In this document: positions 1-15,029 of the stretch, piece by piece
How positions within the stretch are numbered: position 1 is the first letter of the stretch
Layout: every line of letters begins with the position of its first letter
Source: Fimbriosthenelais zetlandica
Lineage: Eukaryota
Direction of reading: 5' to 3'
Length of the DNA: 64,000 nucleotides
NCBI GenBank assembly: GCA_977030845.1
Contig: OZ365116.1
Span: forward strand, 17,298,001-17,362,000
Program-made: the position numbers and the translations under genes
The notes under the pieces: generated by a model
Databases searched by the model: none
Told to the model about the DNA's origin: nothing
What the model saw: only the letters and a program-made list of their open reading frames with translations

Positions 1-2069
1 GATCCACAGACCTAGAATCAGATATGTTCATGTTAAATACCGCCCAACAGACAGGCACTGAATAACCCATCTAAAATACCCTGTAGTCAAAATCAAACAT
101 TACAATGTACGACCCCTCTTCTCAAGATAAATTAGCATATAATGCATACCTAACTTTACAAACGCATCAACAAAGTTTACCTCAGTTTTACAATAATAAA
201 AACACCTCGCTGAGGAAGATGAATATTTATTTCCTGTGTACCAGGCTCATTGCGTCTGAGGGAATTTAATCAGGGTTATAGCTGCAAGTCTAGCATTGGA
301 CTCAGTAGTGTTTTCCATTCCCAATCTTCAGAAAATAAGTGAGGCCTGCAAGCCAGACCAGTTCCTCCAGAAGGGATACATAAACTAACATTTATTGATT
401 ACTTAGTCCGACTAGAGTGACACTTGTTAAGGCCAAGGTCTACCTTCCTTTGATCCCAGCTTTAACAGTGTAAGAAAGCTTCAGCCAACCATTTAAACAG
501 ATTAGAAAAGGACATAAAAATAGAGGAGCTATTGATTAAAATGGAGGCTCTGTCTCTAGATGAAGTAGCCTCTTTCAAGGTATTCCTCTTCTGACTTGGA
601 AGGAATTGAGTTAAATCCACTATGAAATTTGTTACATTTGACGGCCAATAAATTTCAAACTGACAACCCTTACTGAATGTTATTCCAGGATGTAGACTGG
701 AACATTGAGGCAGATCAACATTGGTTCCCTATCTCCTGTCTAAATGTGTGTAATGGGCAATTTACAAGTCACATAGAATAAGTAAGCAAGGCCAGATACG
801 GGGAGGGGAGAGGGGCTGGAGTAAAGGGTAATACATTAGAATGTGACCGTAGTAGTTGTCCCTCTATATCCCAATCCCCTACGGGCAGGAAGGCAATGGT
901 AAGACCAAACACCTATGATGAGGCGACCTAAAATACTATTCCCAGTGATAGAGCCTAGATCAAAGGGAACTGTGTTTGGTGGGTGAGTTAGAGGAGAAGC
1001 ATGAGGACGAGCATCGTGCCATGAAACATTTACTGGAGGTAGAAAAGTAATAGACGCCTGCCTTCCTCCCCTAGCATCCCCCAGGAAGAGGAAACAAATC
1101 AAGCAGGCAGAGACGCATGCGCAGAACATCCATTTCACAGTTTCGCGACTTTATTAGCCATAATAGTAAGGAGAGTAGCCCATCCTCTGGCCGATCTATA
1201 TTACAAGACAAGCTCAAAGACACCTCATTGACAGCTGAGGGCTTATTTAAAGGAATCTTTTTCAGCTAAAAACTCCAGACATAAAAATATGATTATATTT
1301 GCATGGTTGAAAAGCTGCCAATAGACATAAAGGTTTTAAGATGTTGCGATTCACCCATTTGATAAATGTTCAACATGCTTATATACCATGCTCAGTATTA
1401 TGCACATAATTATGTTTCATGCATTTTGGTATACATGTCTCTTAATTGTTTCATATCACCATGTAATATTTTCGTTAATGCGATGATATTTACAATAATT
1501 TACACCTTTACTGGTGTTCAAAGTTGGTGCACTTGCTTTAAGCATTAAAAGGTGCATGGATTAAGGTGCAAGATTATATTTTGAAATATTTTCTACTTGG
1601 CAATTTGAAACAATTGTGATTGTCCATTGCATTAATGCAACATTTTCCCATGCAAGTAAACTACACATGAATATATGAGTATATGTAAGGCATGGATGGT
1701 GGTTAGCCCTACATTTCTACAAGAGAAGATTTAAGTGATATAGAGCAATAGAACTGAGATGTAGATATGGAAATAAAATCTCCATGAGAGGTATGTGAGT
1801 TCTAATGTTAGTAGACTAAATGTGTACAAAGCAGATATTCGTGTCTACTTCTTTTCTGTTTCTTGCATGTTGAAAGCTCATTGCTGTGGTTTTAGGCTGT
1901 GTAATGCCCACCCTACAGAAATAACAGCGTGAATGACATTTGAAGGCAGATGATACATCAAAATATATGTAATATATACACTCCTAGATCGTTCAATTAT
2001 ATATAAGACATGCCAACTCAATTTGATGTGAAATGACAAGCAAATGGTTGTTCCAGGCAAACACGTTGT

Positions 2070-2160
2070 CTATATATATGGTACCTGGTTTTGGCCTGCA
2101 GCGGCCTGCGGTTGTTGCTGCTGAAGTTGTTGTTGATGTTGCGTAGGCCATTTCCCATCA
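2070..2160 (-). pseudogene. Low-complexity C-terminus-like coding relic (Gln-rich, or Thr/Ala-rich in another frame)
   Basis: Minus strand reads caa cat caa caa caa ctt cag cag caa caa ccg cag = QHQQQLQQQQPQ, then AAAGQNQVPYI* with the stop at 2070-2072. Mixed CAA/CAG use suggests former coding, but the frame is not certain. Confidence 0.35.
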
Positions 2161-5100
2161 GCTTCCGGCTGGTGCAAGATGGGAAAAAGAGAGTGGCAAT
2201 GTCAGGATGTGGTCAATGTAAAGTTCATAATCAAGTAATCTCAATATACAATGATCCCTGTCAAATCCAGCGGTCCACTGCACCAATATAGCAGCCAACT
2301 GTCTGATGGATGGCTATGAAACACTCACGACTATAATTCATTCTTTCCTGATGGCATATAATTTATGAACAAATCATCTGAAATATTCATGCCCGATGGG
2401 GCAAGATCGGTTTAGTGGATGAAGGGTATCGGTGCAGTGGATGATTTTAATATTGTCTGTTTACAATTTTGTTAACTGTGCATGCAAACGTTGAGTTGAG
2501 AGAAAGAAATCCAATGATCAAATTAATTTGTATGAAAAAGGACTCTTAAAAAGTTGCGGACTGCGACTGCATAAAATGTGCATAATCATGAAAAAGTGCA
2601 ATAATTTTATAAAGTGGGGGCATATTGTTCATTCAGTCAGACTGGCAGTATGGGTCCTAATACGACAAATCACTATGCTTATATGAGGGCCTTCCCTATC
2701 TTCATTTTTGCAATGTCTTAGTTAAGAGGAATCTAGTGAGGGGTAGTTAATTAATGTCAGGAGGGGAGCTCGTAATACAGAACTTCGAAGGATGCTCTAC
2801 ATATTACATAAACAATGCTTCACAATTGTCCTTAATGATAGGCCTTCTAATAAAGACATACTTGCCTATAGAGACCTAATGTCACTCATTATCTCAGCTC
2901 TCACTGATGCGGCACAAATCAAGGCTGAGAAGTCATGGATTACTGATATACTCTATAGAGTCTATCCATATATTATTCACTAAGTGAGAGTAGGCCAAAA
3001 TAGCTTAATGTTGCTCCTGGATAAGTTGGACTTCTAAAGAAGAAGGAAAGCCAAGGAGTGTGTATAGGATATATGGTTTATTACGGGCCTTTTGGCTTTG
3101 ATATTATCCAAAGCGGTCAGGGAAGACACAAGACGATCTAGTGCCATAAAATATTGACTTGGGACTCATCATAAGTCATATCACAACCCCATCGCTCTTC
3201 ACCACAGCTCTGCTCAAAATCAGCCCTCCAGTTGATATTCACAATCCCCCAATAAGTAAACAAAATACACCCCAAGCTTTCCAGAAGTGCTGTGGTCAGC
3301 ATTTTCTGTTTCTCTCTTAAAGCATGAGAGGGAGTGAGCTGATAGAGGAGCCAGGGAGTGACCTCTTAGTGTTCCCATAAAAGCACAGTTAAATAACTCC
3401 CATGTGTCGAGGAACATGATGGCAAATGTCATTTAAATATCAGTGATAAGATAATGAGATATTTGTGGTTGCCAACATATGCCAAGGGACTGAAGCTGAG
3501 AGCTTAAGTGATTATAATGTCGTTTTTACAGATTCAATTCAATACTAGTTGGAAACGAAGCCAATATGGCAATTATGATTAAAAAGAGCTGATGCATGGA
3601 ATATTTATCCAAGTATGACGAAAAAAGAGCAGAGGTGGAATGAAGTAAGAAACGGGACATTGTCGGTTTTTAACAATAGCAAAAGCTTCTTGTTAAAGGA
3701 TGTATTTGTCAGCTCACTCATCCCACAGATTGACTGCGTGAAACCTTACTAACCACAGTTTTATGTGGAATATTTGAAATGGGAAGTCGAGGGAAAAAGA
3801 GAGCCAATTATGTACAGGATGTGTGGCCTATTAGTAAGGCTATTGGCTTTGACATAATCCTACAGAGTATGGGAAAACCCTTTTTGGTAAAAAAGCTATC
3901 AAAAACGGCCTAAGACATGAAGTCATAAGACATAAGCAGTCAAAATCAAAGGTCCTGACATAACCAGGAGGTAAAACAACGTCCTGAAAGGACACCTGGG
4001 GAGAAGCACCAGTCAGTCCAATCTAAATTCTGACAGTTTGTCGAATGAGAAAACAAGATAGTTGTCATGCAAATAACAATCCCAATATCTCATCATAAAT
4101 GTCCCTGGGTCAATGCCAAGCACAGTATAAATTGGTTTAAGTCCAACCCAGCCTGGCCAATTTAGATGATGGGTGGGCAGTGGTTGATTTCATTTCCCCC
4201 TTCGTAGGTCATCTGTCAATCACAGAAATAACTAGCTTACACAGGCAGCAGGTTGTGACAGCATTGATACCGGCTTTTAATTAGACCAACAACTCCAAGT
4301 CGTTCATCAAGTTCCGGGAAATAACACTTTCATTGAGGGTTACTTGACCGAGTGTGGGTTCACGAAATCATTATATAAGAAGATTCAGATGAACTGTTGT
4401 CATAACGTCCAGGTATCCTCATGTTGAGTTATGTTGTTTTGTTATTAGACAGTGGGGATATATTGCAGCCTCCATGATAATAAAGATCAGGAGGAACATA
4501 AGTCAGGAAATTAGAGGCCGAACTTATATCATATACCATCCCAGGCAGAATGTCTGTCTTCCATTTTGTAGAGGAGCTACCCCGCCCTTTCCTTCCGTTC
4601 TTACTGCTGGCCTTTAACTAATGCCTTTTTCATGGAACACCTGTCAGCTTTTGTGACACCCTATTTCAGAGATTTAACTAATCCTTTCCACCCTGGGTGT
4701 GTGGAAGGCACCCTGACAAAGGAAGACCTGATGAGATTAAATTGACTTAGTAAGGGGCTGACAAAACAAGTTTGGAAGGGGCTGAACATTGTTATACATA
4801 TCTAAGGACATCTTACTTGCATTTTGTGTTAGGTTGGTCATGAATATAGCACATCACTGTATAGAAACATAGAGAGAAGCAATCCCCAGTTTCCATATAC
4901 TACTTACTCTTCACCGTTGGAGTTCTGCTATGGCAATTGTTGCTGTAAGATGGGTTGATAGGATACAATCAGGGTGCTGATACAGGGCTCCCTCTATAAG
5001 GTTACATTAAGTATTAACAGACCTGGAAGCTGGAGATGGATAACTCATTGTTTACACTGTGAGAGTGCATGCCAACTGTGGCTTCTGCGGTCTAGGTTGT

Positions 5101-5759
5101 GGCCTTGCTGCGGCAACCGAGTTGGAAAATTAAGTCAATAAAATGTTATATTTAAAAGGTTTTATACTGGCTCTTGCGGAATCCCATTAATAGTTCATGA
5201 GGATGAAACATGGATTCTCATTCTATGATCCGCGTTCTATATAATATATACTTTTTAAATTTATTTCTTGCACAGGTATATAGGAAATTAGGTGTAAGCC
5301 CAGGAAGGTTGAGAACCTTCTGGGCCGTTCTGGCAGCGGTAAATTAAGGGAAGTAGAAGACACAAAGGAAGCCATTGCAGATGGTTGAGGAGGCTGGATA
5401 ATAAAACACAAGCAACCCTGATGGCATCTCCCCGCATGCCACCGCATAATGAATGACAAGTACTTTAAACATCATCCATTCCTCCAAACTCTTAGTTTTT
5501 CTACTGACAAACGAGAATTATTTACACAGCATCATATCTCACGAGAAAATGTCGAGAAAAAGGTGTGGAAGTTTACTGTGGTAAATGTGTGCATGTCTCA
5601 TCATCTTGAGATGTTTTTCTAGGATAAAGAAAGGAGGCAGATGAAGGCCTTACATCACTTCTGAAGTAATTAACCTTAGGTCAATGAACTGTAAAAACAT
5701 CACCCTCTTCATCGACTCCCAAAATAGACCCACGCAATGAATACAACTTTCACTGCCTG

Positions 5760-8550
5760 TACCATGCAGTACTTCGCTATTTCACGGCTGGCCCAGGGCC
5801 ATTTCAGCCATATTTGGCTTCTTGGGAAGTTTCTCCCTGTAATAAAATGCAAATTGATGCTTCCTCTCTAAAGGAACACATGACAATGCAATTTACAAAG
5901 TGCTCGGCCAAAAGGGGCCAATAGCGACCTGTTATTTCTTCAGTCCATGCTGTTAAAATCCACAACTCATGGACACTAATTATGTGATCGCTGTGGGAAT
6001 TGTATAGCGTGGCCTGCATGCAGTCTGCAGGCAGAAGACAGACCCTCCCCACAGTGTCAGGAGCTTGAGATACATACTGAGACATCAAGCCTGGCAGATC
6101 TGCCTTTGAAGCAAGCAAATTGCCTCTGGCCAAGTGGCGAAGTACGACACCCAACGAATGTTAATTCATTCGACACACAGACTGGCATGCTAGCTATATA
6201 GTAGACATTATCCATATATCTGGCTAATCCTAGCCATGGAAAAGCTGGGAATTCTGTTTTTTGATGCATTTTTGCTAAGACGTTCCTGACAAAAGGGAAG
6301 CTTAGCTTTAGGCTTTGCTTGTACACTTCACATAATCCTACAGATATTAGGTAGAATTCCCGTCTCCTGAGGCATGAACATCCTATATTCAAGTCTGAGA
6401 AGCCTTATAAACTTTGAGTAAACTTTGCCACGTAAAGAAGAGTTAATTTGAGAGCTGCCTGGGGAGGAGGACATCACGGTGACAGTATTGTCTGTTCTAA
6501 TTGGCAAGGAAACAACTTTTGACACAAAAACTTCCAATACGGTGTCATATAACCATGTCAAATTCTACGGTTTCTTAAGCAATTTGCCCTCCAATTTAAC
6601 TGCGATATGCATATTAAAATGTCAATTATTAAGTCAACACCAGGGGAAAGAGAAGAGCAGGAATGTGGAGAATATTTAAGGATGCCCAAAGCATGAGGAC
6701 AAATCCCCATCCTGCCAATACCTAGCTCATTTAATTGGCATAATACCTAACAGATTGGCTCAGGAACGACTCTCACAGCAATTACAAAGAGAAGACTCAT
6801 GCTCTACATGCATCTTATTAAGCCTTTTATAACATATATGTAAGAATTCCGCACAAGATGATGCTCATAACACAGAAAAAATATTCATTCTGGCACAGGT
6901 TTTTGAACAGCCAGCCTAGTTTGACCTTTTCAAAGTGTTACGTCTTTAAGAGACATATTTCAAAGTGAAATACTATAGGTTACATGTTCAGCCTTTTAAA
7001 TGTTAGACGATCATGCAAATCATATTCTCCCAACAGTTAGTACTGGGAAAAGTGCAATAAGAGGCAGGTCTACTGTTAAGCTTTTACGATGAATATTCAT
7101 TCAGCCATGATTGTAAAGAGAGTCGGTGATATATTGGGATTGGCTCAGTTCCTGACAGCAGGCTAGGCTCCCACTATACAGTTGGATTCGGCTGCTTTTG
7201 TAATGAACCCACATCTAAGGAATCTGGGAAGGTAAGAGACTTATTAGCTCTGTGACCCACAGGCTAGCCTGCAGCTCCCCAGCCTACATTTGCCTACAAT
7301 TCCCTGCTTTCCAGCTTAAAATTCATTCAAGGATTAGCCTTGAAGTTATCTGGAGAATTCAGAAAGATAACGTACAAAAAGGCCACAATTGTTAAGAATG
7401 TATTCTCTATTGCCAGCATCCATATTTAAGGGTTCAGCCAGCAAAGACAAATCACCAGGCAGAAAATCCTAGTAATTGCTTTGCTTCAGCCAAATATCCA
7501 GTCGCCTTCCAAGCAAATTATTTTCATGTGTTAATCTTTTAGGCAGCTCATTTAGGGATGGATATAGAAAGTTACAGCAGGCATTTATTCACAGGGAACA
7601 GGCCACCTGCTCTGTGAACAGCACACATATCATCCTTAAATATCAGTATTTATCTTCTGATAAGTATTATGACTCAGAATTGGAGACTTCTTTCTAAGTG
7701 TACTGCACCCAAGGTATGTTTTTCTTGATCAATGAATTTAGGATGTATTGGGTTCACAAGTCTTGTGACCTACAAGTAGTTTGGGAAAATGTTTTTGGCG
7801 ACCTATACCATAGTACCATTGCGAAAATCTCACAATTACAGTTTATATATGTTAACACTCGCTCTCATGGGGTAAAATCGGTTGAATTTGCAATGCAATG
7901 ACGTCACATCCGTTCTCACGACTCACAGTGAGTTTACAGACCCTACTAGTATGGCACATATGAGTACAGTTCAAGTCAGATGAGGCAAATTCTGCGTGAT
8001 AATGTATCAGCTAAGAAAGTTAGTGGCATCAAGATTATCAATTAGGCTTAGTGGGAGGACGAAACCAGATTCATCAGGCTCTACGCTGGACGAGTCAGAC
8101 GCCATCATACAGATTCATTTAATGTCTTGCACCGTTTTAGAGGAAAGACTCTGGGTTTTCCCAGGGTATGCATATCTTCTCACACAGATGGCATTTTCAA
8201 GCCTCAGACAGGAATTGGCATTTCCTGCCTGATTCCCCATGCAGGTGTAGTTCATTCATTGCGTACCACTGGTACTGCAAGGAGATGTACCATTCCCTCC
8301 AATCTACAAAATTCCTCCCTCAGAGTCCCTCAGACAAAAAGCATCCAATAGAGCCCTCGGATTTACGACCTGTACTCGCCTGTATACAGCCATATACACA
8401 ATGTTACATGAATGAGGTGAATACTCCAGGGTATATGTGAGCACAGAGTAAAGCATAACTCGGCTAAAATCAATGCCACCCCATGGCTGCCATGGAACAA
8501 GGACTCATACCTAGCTCTTTGTCAGCATGGATACGTCACTAAAATTTAAA
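5760..8550 (-). pseudogene. Possible long decayed ORF, unknown product
   Basis: Protein-like peptides fall in the same minus frame as ORF 6057..6392: PWGGIDFSRVMLYSV (~8470), IHPKFIDQEKHTLGAVHLERS (~7745), and the 111-aa ORF itself. Stop density in between is close to random, so support is weak. Confidence 0.3.
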
Positions 8551-11500
8551 AAACTCAACCTCTGGTAAAGTCTTTGAGATCAGTATACTTTCCTAGAATG
8601 GTATGGGTATAATGGTGACATATTAAACTACAGCATATGTACATATAGCTGTAGCTTACTAGTATAAAAGCAAGGCATTGTTGATGCCTGAAGCCATTGT
8701 GAATATGCACCTCTGACCTCGATCCATTATGGCACTGCATGCAATATGAGTTAAGATCAGTAGGTTAGGTGTCTAGCTAAAGAAACCACCATTCATAGTG
8801 ATTTATCACTTACATCTTTTAACTTGATTTTTAATCTCTGGGAGAATATATAATGTGCCAGCTGGTTCCATATAACAATAGACCATTCAGATGCAAATCA
8901 TGGCAGTAATATTCTTTCATATTATGAATCATTCATAAGTATCGTCAAAGACTTTCTACGAAGATTTATTTACATTCAAGTATAATAAGGTACGGATGAA
9001 TCGGGTGTTGAACCTAACAAAGATGATCTGTCTACAACTAGGTCCCTGATACTCACAGAACAATACACGCAATTGTTTGTGGTGGGGCAAGACTTAAGAG
9101 AAGATGACTGCCAATTCTATTGGCTAAGTTTGCTTGCATATTTTATCAGAATGCCCGCATAAGTACGTTTCACCATGCAATCATTAATGTTGCAGATGTC
9201 TATAGGTAAAACAATTGCTGATTTGGAAATCCTCCTCCCATATTGTGTAGGGACTAAAACCCATCCTTTGCTTAAGGCTATTGGTTTTTTTCCGTCAGAC
9301 TTCTGAGATATTTAGAGTAAACAGTGATGTATGTAGCTTTGATGGTCATGTGCCTTTGTTTACCGATGAATCCTGCACTAATGTCCTGCGGACTTCTGAG
9401 CTAGTTGGTTACATTTAGCCAGAAGGGGAGAAAATGAGGAACCAAATTGCCTAATCAGGGAAGGTGAAAACGCACGATGGTAGGCCATTAGGGGTAAATG
9501 GTGGTGGATATGTAGAGCGGGAGAAGTAGTAGAATGAAAGTGGTGTATGTGTGAGGAAGAGGGGGAAGCCACTGCTGGTAGGAGGGCCAATGTACTCCAG
9601 TAAAGATGGGCCTACACAGGACAATTTTCCGGAATTTTCTCCCAGGCGCAATAAAACTTCTTATAATTGGGATTATTCATTGGTCAAGTGTTTAATATTG
9701 GTGGACAGATAAGTATGGCCTCGTTGGTCCTTTTCCATCTCAACAGATGAGTTCTGATGATACTTGAGCTTCCGCTGAACTGTTTCTGGGAGAAAATCAA
9801 TCCAGTAGCAGTGAAAGGCACGGCAGCGGCACACGGGCCCACGACATGCCACTAGCATGGCAAGAGGGGACTTCTGGTTACCATGGCAACTGACATCGAT
9901 TGCGTTGCTTTTCCTGGTATAATAGCAGAGTAACGGGATTGAGGGAACATCAAAGGATTCTATTACTGTTAAATGTAGCTTCTCATACAAATATACGTTT
10001 GTTGGATTTGTCTCAAAATGAGTGTTTGAAGATGCGTGAAGGGGTTGGATTGAGAGGAAACGGGCAGGGCCTGAGAAAAAGGGCATGGTGTGGCATGGGT
10101 TAGCAGTCCCATGTCCGCATTGGTAGAAATATCTCATTGCCTCGTAACGCGCGGGGATTCAGCGGTAAATTCCTCAGCAGACTTATAAGGCATTGTTGGC
10201 TGGAAGGATTTGCTGAAGGTGATAACAGTGTTATCTCTGTGTTGTATCTGGGAGGGTCAGGAGATATAGAAGGTAATGGATATTTCACACTGATCTGACA
10301 AGGCTAAAGGCTTATGTCCAGATACATGATTGATTCCATACCTTGAGGGTCAGCGGAGGCTATCGATAACAACTAAGGCAATGCTTATCACATCTCTGAA
10401 AATCTGTCCATGCCTTACTGCACAAAGAAAGGCAGACATTGCATATTGCTTGATATAAAAGACATATTAAAACAGACGCACCAATTAAAGTAGAGAAAGG
10501 TATGTGACCATGCCCAGAGCGAGTGAATGCTTTTTACAAGGCCGCTCTATTCAGAATGTCGCCCATTAAACATGAACAATGTGCTTTTAACAATAAGAGC
10601 CTTTCAATTGTATGCGCAGTCCTTATATAAAACAGTCAACGTTGTGAATTGACTCAGTTAGGTAGAATGAGTCCCTCATGGAGAGACACAATGTCCTTTT
10701 GTCCTGTAATTATCTCCCTTGACAAATAACAAGCAAGCAGCATGACTTGAAAGAGCAATCTTGCCTAATTCTGTTGGCAGGATTGGTATGAATATGGACG
10801 ATGCTGCAGTCCTTCTGTAATTATAAGACAAATGTTATTATGTCGGCGAAAGATTTCAGCTTCATAGCCTCCTAGGGGAATAACAACCATTTCAGATTTG
10901 AGGGATTTGAGGATTAATATTGGGAACTGCAAATTAAAAGCAGATTTTGTTATGCCCCATTTAGAGGATCTTTGTCACTCAGCAAAGAATGTATTCAAAG
11001 AATATTTGACAGCCTGTGGAGGTGCAAGGTGAATAACACTGTACCTTAGCTGCTGGTTTAGAAGGAAGGCAGGAGCAGGTGGTAAAGAACAACCTTCCAC
11101 AAATCTGTGCAGAAAAAGAGACATCAACTCCACGAGGTCGGTCCATACTGATGGTATGAAAAGCCAGAGTAGCTAGTCTGGTCAAGTCTTGACCAGGCAT
11201 AGGCAAGACAAAAAAGAACCCTACTCAGGCAGCACAGTATCGGAATAGGAGGAACTCCTTGCATGGTCAAAGCACCATGTAGATACAGAATATGGCAAGT
11301 ATGTGTGCTTCGTATGAAAACTGCTTTGTAACCACATTAATTAGAACACCAAAAAGTGACAAGCTTGCTGTAGGCAGCACCACTGCTGGTATATGGCACT
11401 TTTCAGGGGAGTCTATGGGCTCTGTATAAATATGTACACCGCTGTAAAGGCTGGTTATAAATGTGTCTGGCAAACACCAGTAAAATCATGATGGCTGCTG

Positions 11501-12319
11501 GAAATGTCTGCACAAACCTTTAATCTCGCCAGATTATTATGTGACTAGCAATAAACAGCTGACTTCATGAGCGGACTGAACCTAGGGCGGCCAGGCGCAT
11601 CAATATCATTTGATTGTAAATGTATTTACAAGATAGGGGGGTCGCTCTTTTTTATGGAAGCAGGTGTTAGCAGTATCTAACAAGGGTGATTTTGTAATTA
11701 CAAGGTAATTTTAGTCTGACATCAAGAGAATGATGCTACAGGGTCTGATAGATCAGGGAGTTTTATAGCAATTAGCAGCCGTATATATAAGTGAAGGTGG
11801 TCAGGCTGTTTTTCATCCCGTACCCCACACAACACATCAACATTCATGAGATTTGGCCTTTATGGTATAAAGCTATTTAGATTCATGTATAAACAGCCAG
11901 CTTTCTCTGACCCGGACATCTCTGGCTGCCCTCTCTGGCCTTCGACCCTGCTAAACTAATGGTAGCCTTCATATTCCAGACCGTTGGGAGTGTCCTCAGT
12001 TTTAGACTGATATCCAATGCTTGGACTCAAATATATTCATTCCAGTGATACCAAAAGGAATGCTATGGAAGGCTTAGCGGTGAAAGTCTATATCATTGAC
12101 ATTAGTACCGGGATATGAGTAAAAGATGGGAAAGACTAGCATTGCTTGACCCAAGTAGTCATGACCTAAATGAATTGAGGGGAGATTACACCCATGGGTT
12201 TGCTGGCAATGCTGGCATGTAAGGGCTGGGATTAGTGTCAGGCTGTTTTGCCATCAAAGGCTTCTGGTGGCGATGATAGAGAGAGATAGGATCAGATGGA
12301 GCTAGGGTAAATAGTGTCT

Positions 12320-12540
12320 ATAGCGCAGCTCTTGTGGATGAAACTTGATAAGGAGAGAGAAGTGGATGAGGCAAAGAGAGTTTGAATGAACTAGATGATA
12401 TGAAAAGACAGAGAAAGAGGAGACAGAAAAGCGGAGGGGACCATGCAAGAGGCTGGATAGACGGAACAGGAGCAAATGACTGAGGCAGAAAATGAAATTG
12501 AGAAAGTAAGAGCAGGTGAAACGAAAGAGATAAAGGGGTA
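12320..12540 (+). repeat. Purine-rich low-complexity block (charged/coiled-coil-like coding relic)
   Basis: GA-rich run; translates as E/K/R-rich, e.g. MTEAENEIEKVRAGETKEIKG (ORF 12476..12691). Confidence 0.5.
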
Positions 12541-15029
12541 TTTTGTTCAATCCTATGCTATGGGCAAGCAATGCCTGCATACTAATAAAAAGCTCAATCA
12601 AAAATGGCATCTCAAATCTCACCAGAACGGCAAGAGGAGACCACTGGGATTCCAACATGGCAGCCACCCTGTCCAGCCTAATATATTCTGAGGCACAACT
12701 GAGGTCAAGAATCCATCAGGCTTTTAACCCCCAGGCTTCCAGGAAGAAGGAGAGTAGTGTGAGAGGATGGAGGAGAATCCAGCAAGAGAGGGCCTGCGCC
12801 CACCATCAGTCAAGTCCTGGTAACTGGGTGTTTACCAAGAGCTTGGGGAGCCAGGTTGGGGTTCTGACCCTGATTGGTTGCTGAAGCAAGGGGTTCAGAC
12901 GCCTGGCCTCAGCCAGAAACCCTATATTCCCCCACAAATAGCCATCTGACATGCCCACCGTTAATGTCTTCCTCTGCCCAGCTTGTTTGTCCACACATCA
13001 CAACTGTTTCACCAGCTGTTACTTCCGGCCCTTGGGTCATAAGGCCAGAGGGCCTGCCAATTGGCCAGAGTGCCATTGCTCTGCCTAGTTACTTTGGCCT
13101 GGGATACAATGAATCATTCAGCTAATTCTATAACATAACTAAACGACTAGCATGGTACATAAACACCAAGGTCTGCAATAATAATGTTCAGAGCAGTTTA
13201 GGAAAATGGCTAGTAGAAGCAGGTATTCAGGCTGGAGGAGTTGAAGGAAGGAACTGGATTATAACAGGGCTCTTGTCATTCCGGCAATCGATCATAGTAT
13301 GATAAAAGGCTTTGTGTTTTTAAACAGTTAAACCCTCGGTGTGCCTGGACAGTTTGACACTGCCATAATCCTTGTTTTAAGCAGACATATCTAATAAAGC
13401 TAAGATATGATAAAGTGGATGATTAGTTGGGGTATGAACCTCTCATGCCGTTAAATTGCCCTTATACATGGCTGCTATTGTTCTTCACTGGTCCAAATGT
13501 CAAAAGGAGGATGCCAAGGGTATAAAGGTCAATTATATTCAGCTTCCTTGAGAGGCATTTTTTTGGCAGATGACCTTCCCTTGAAATTAAAAGGAAGTTC
13601 CCTAAGGGGCTCCCAGGGTTTGATATAAAGCAGGATAAGAATGTGCATAAAGATAAAAAATGTGCTCTCAAAAATGTTGGTGTATTTATAAGACGAAGCA
13701 ATGCTTCAAATTTCAAGGTAGAAAAACCACCAATAAATTTATCCAAAACATGCATAAAAGATAAATATTTAGAAAGGGTTGAACAGATTTATACACTTTT
13801 ATGTTAGGTTTATAATTATGACAGAAACATATTGATTTAAGGACATGTAAACACAATATTAATATGGTAGATTATCAGAAAAATGGGACGATATAAAATA
13901 GGTTGAATTCATGTAAATTAATGTACGGAATAGTGAGTATTCAAGGCTAAAGCAGAGGGGATATATATCATGCTCAAATATGAACATTTTATCCACCATA
14001 ATAATGAAAAGACGGGATATATCGAAAAAAATATACAAAGGCTACCTCCTTTATATTTATTCTCTATCGACAGATCACTTACTGTTTCTGTGGTGCTCTG
14101 TTCAATGAAACAACAAAGGCATAAAACGTGTTGGCGTCCGTGCAGAGAAATAAATATTTAAACTGCAACTCTTAAATCCCTATTGGACTATAAGGAATTA
14201 AGTAAATTCCATTGGGGGTTTTAAATTTTTCATTTTTCGGAAGTAACTAAAAATCAGTGATGCAATTAAATGCCTTGGCCAATTCTGCAGATGGTAAAGT
14301 CCCCTTAAAGAGAGTGTTGAAGCGAAGTGACGAGGTGTAACGACTGTATGTTTTGGTGCTTTAAAAGTGTTAGAGGATATTGATCGCCGAGAGGTCACCA
14401 CCGCACCGCCAGTCTTAAGGGCCAAATGCTTTTCATTTGTTTTATGCTTCTTAATTCAACGGTAAAGCCTCTGGATAGGCCAACTCATTAACAAAAATAT
14501 GGTGGGCCATGATAATTAGCTCGAGACCTAACATAATTTAGCCAGGGATGATTGGTATTAATATTATATCAAAAGCTTTATGATGAATTAGGCAATTAGA
14601 GAGATGGAAGCTTAATTAATCAGATCCTTAATTACAGGGTTGTATAACTGTACTTCAATGTAAATCATAGCAGACTGATCACAGCAAGTTAACATTGACT
14701 GTCACCAGTTTGGTATATGTGAGAGTAAATTGAATATATATAGTCTTACAGTTCCTTTTCACTTACGCTTATTGTTGTCGGTGTTGAAGTAGAAAGTAAA
14801 ACTCACCTGAAAGTAGAAAAAAGAGGAGAACTATTAGTAAAGGAGACATCCATTATGGAGATAATCAAATTCTACAAGAGTTTAGATCCCTGAGGGTCTG
14901 AGTAATTATGTAGGTAGTGATTGATGGGCTGTGAGCTGGGTCCATGCATTAGACATGATGCACATGTACGGCAGGGGAAACACATACATCAACCTACTCT
15001 ATATAACAAGTAAGCACTTATCTACTCCC

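Noticed and set aside
5317-5346. Walker A LLGRSGSGK(L)
   Set aside because: The final residue is Leu, the following segment is not helix- or Walker B-like, and neighbouring evidence favours the minus strand.
9673-10137. Longest ORFs in the track (154 aa here; 150 aa at 15682..16134) as real genes
   Set aside because: No recognisable domain, and the lengths are within the tail expected by chance over six frames of 64 kb.
13160-13200. Kinase DFG-like IIIADLG (minus)
   Set aside because: No HxDxKxxN catalytic loop upstream.
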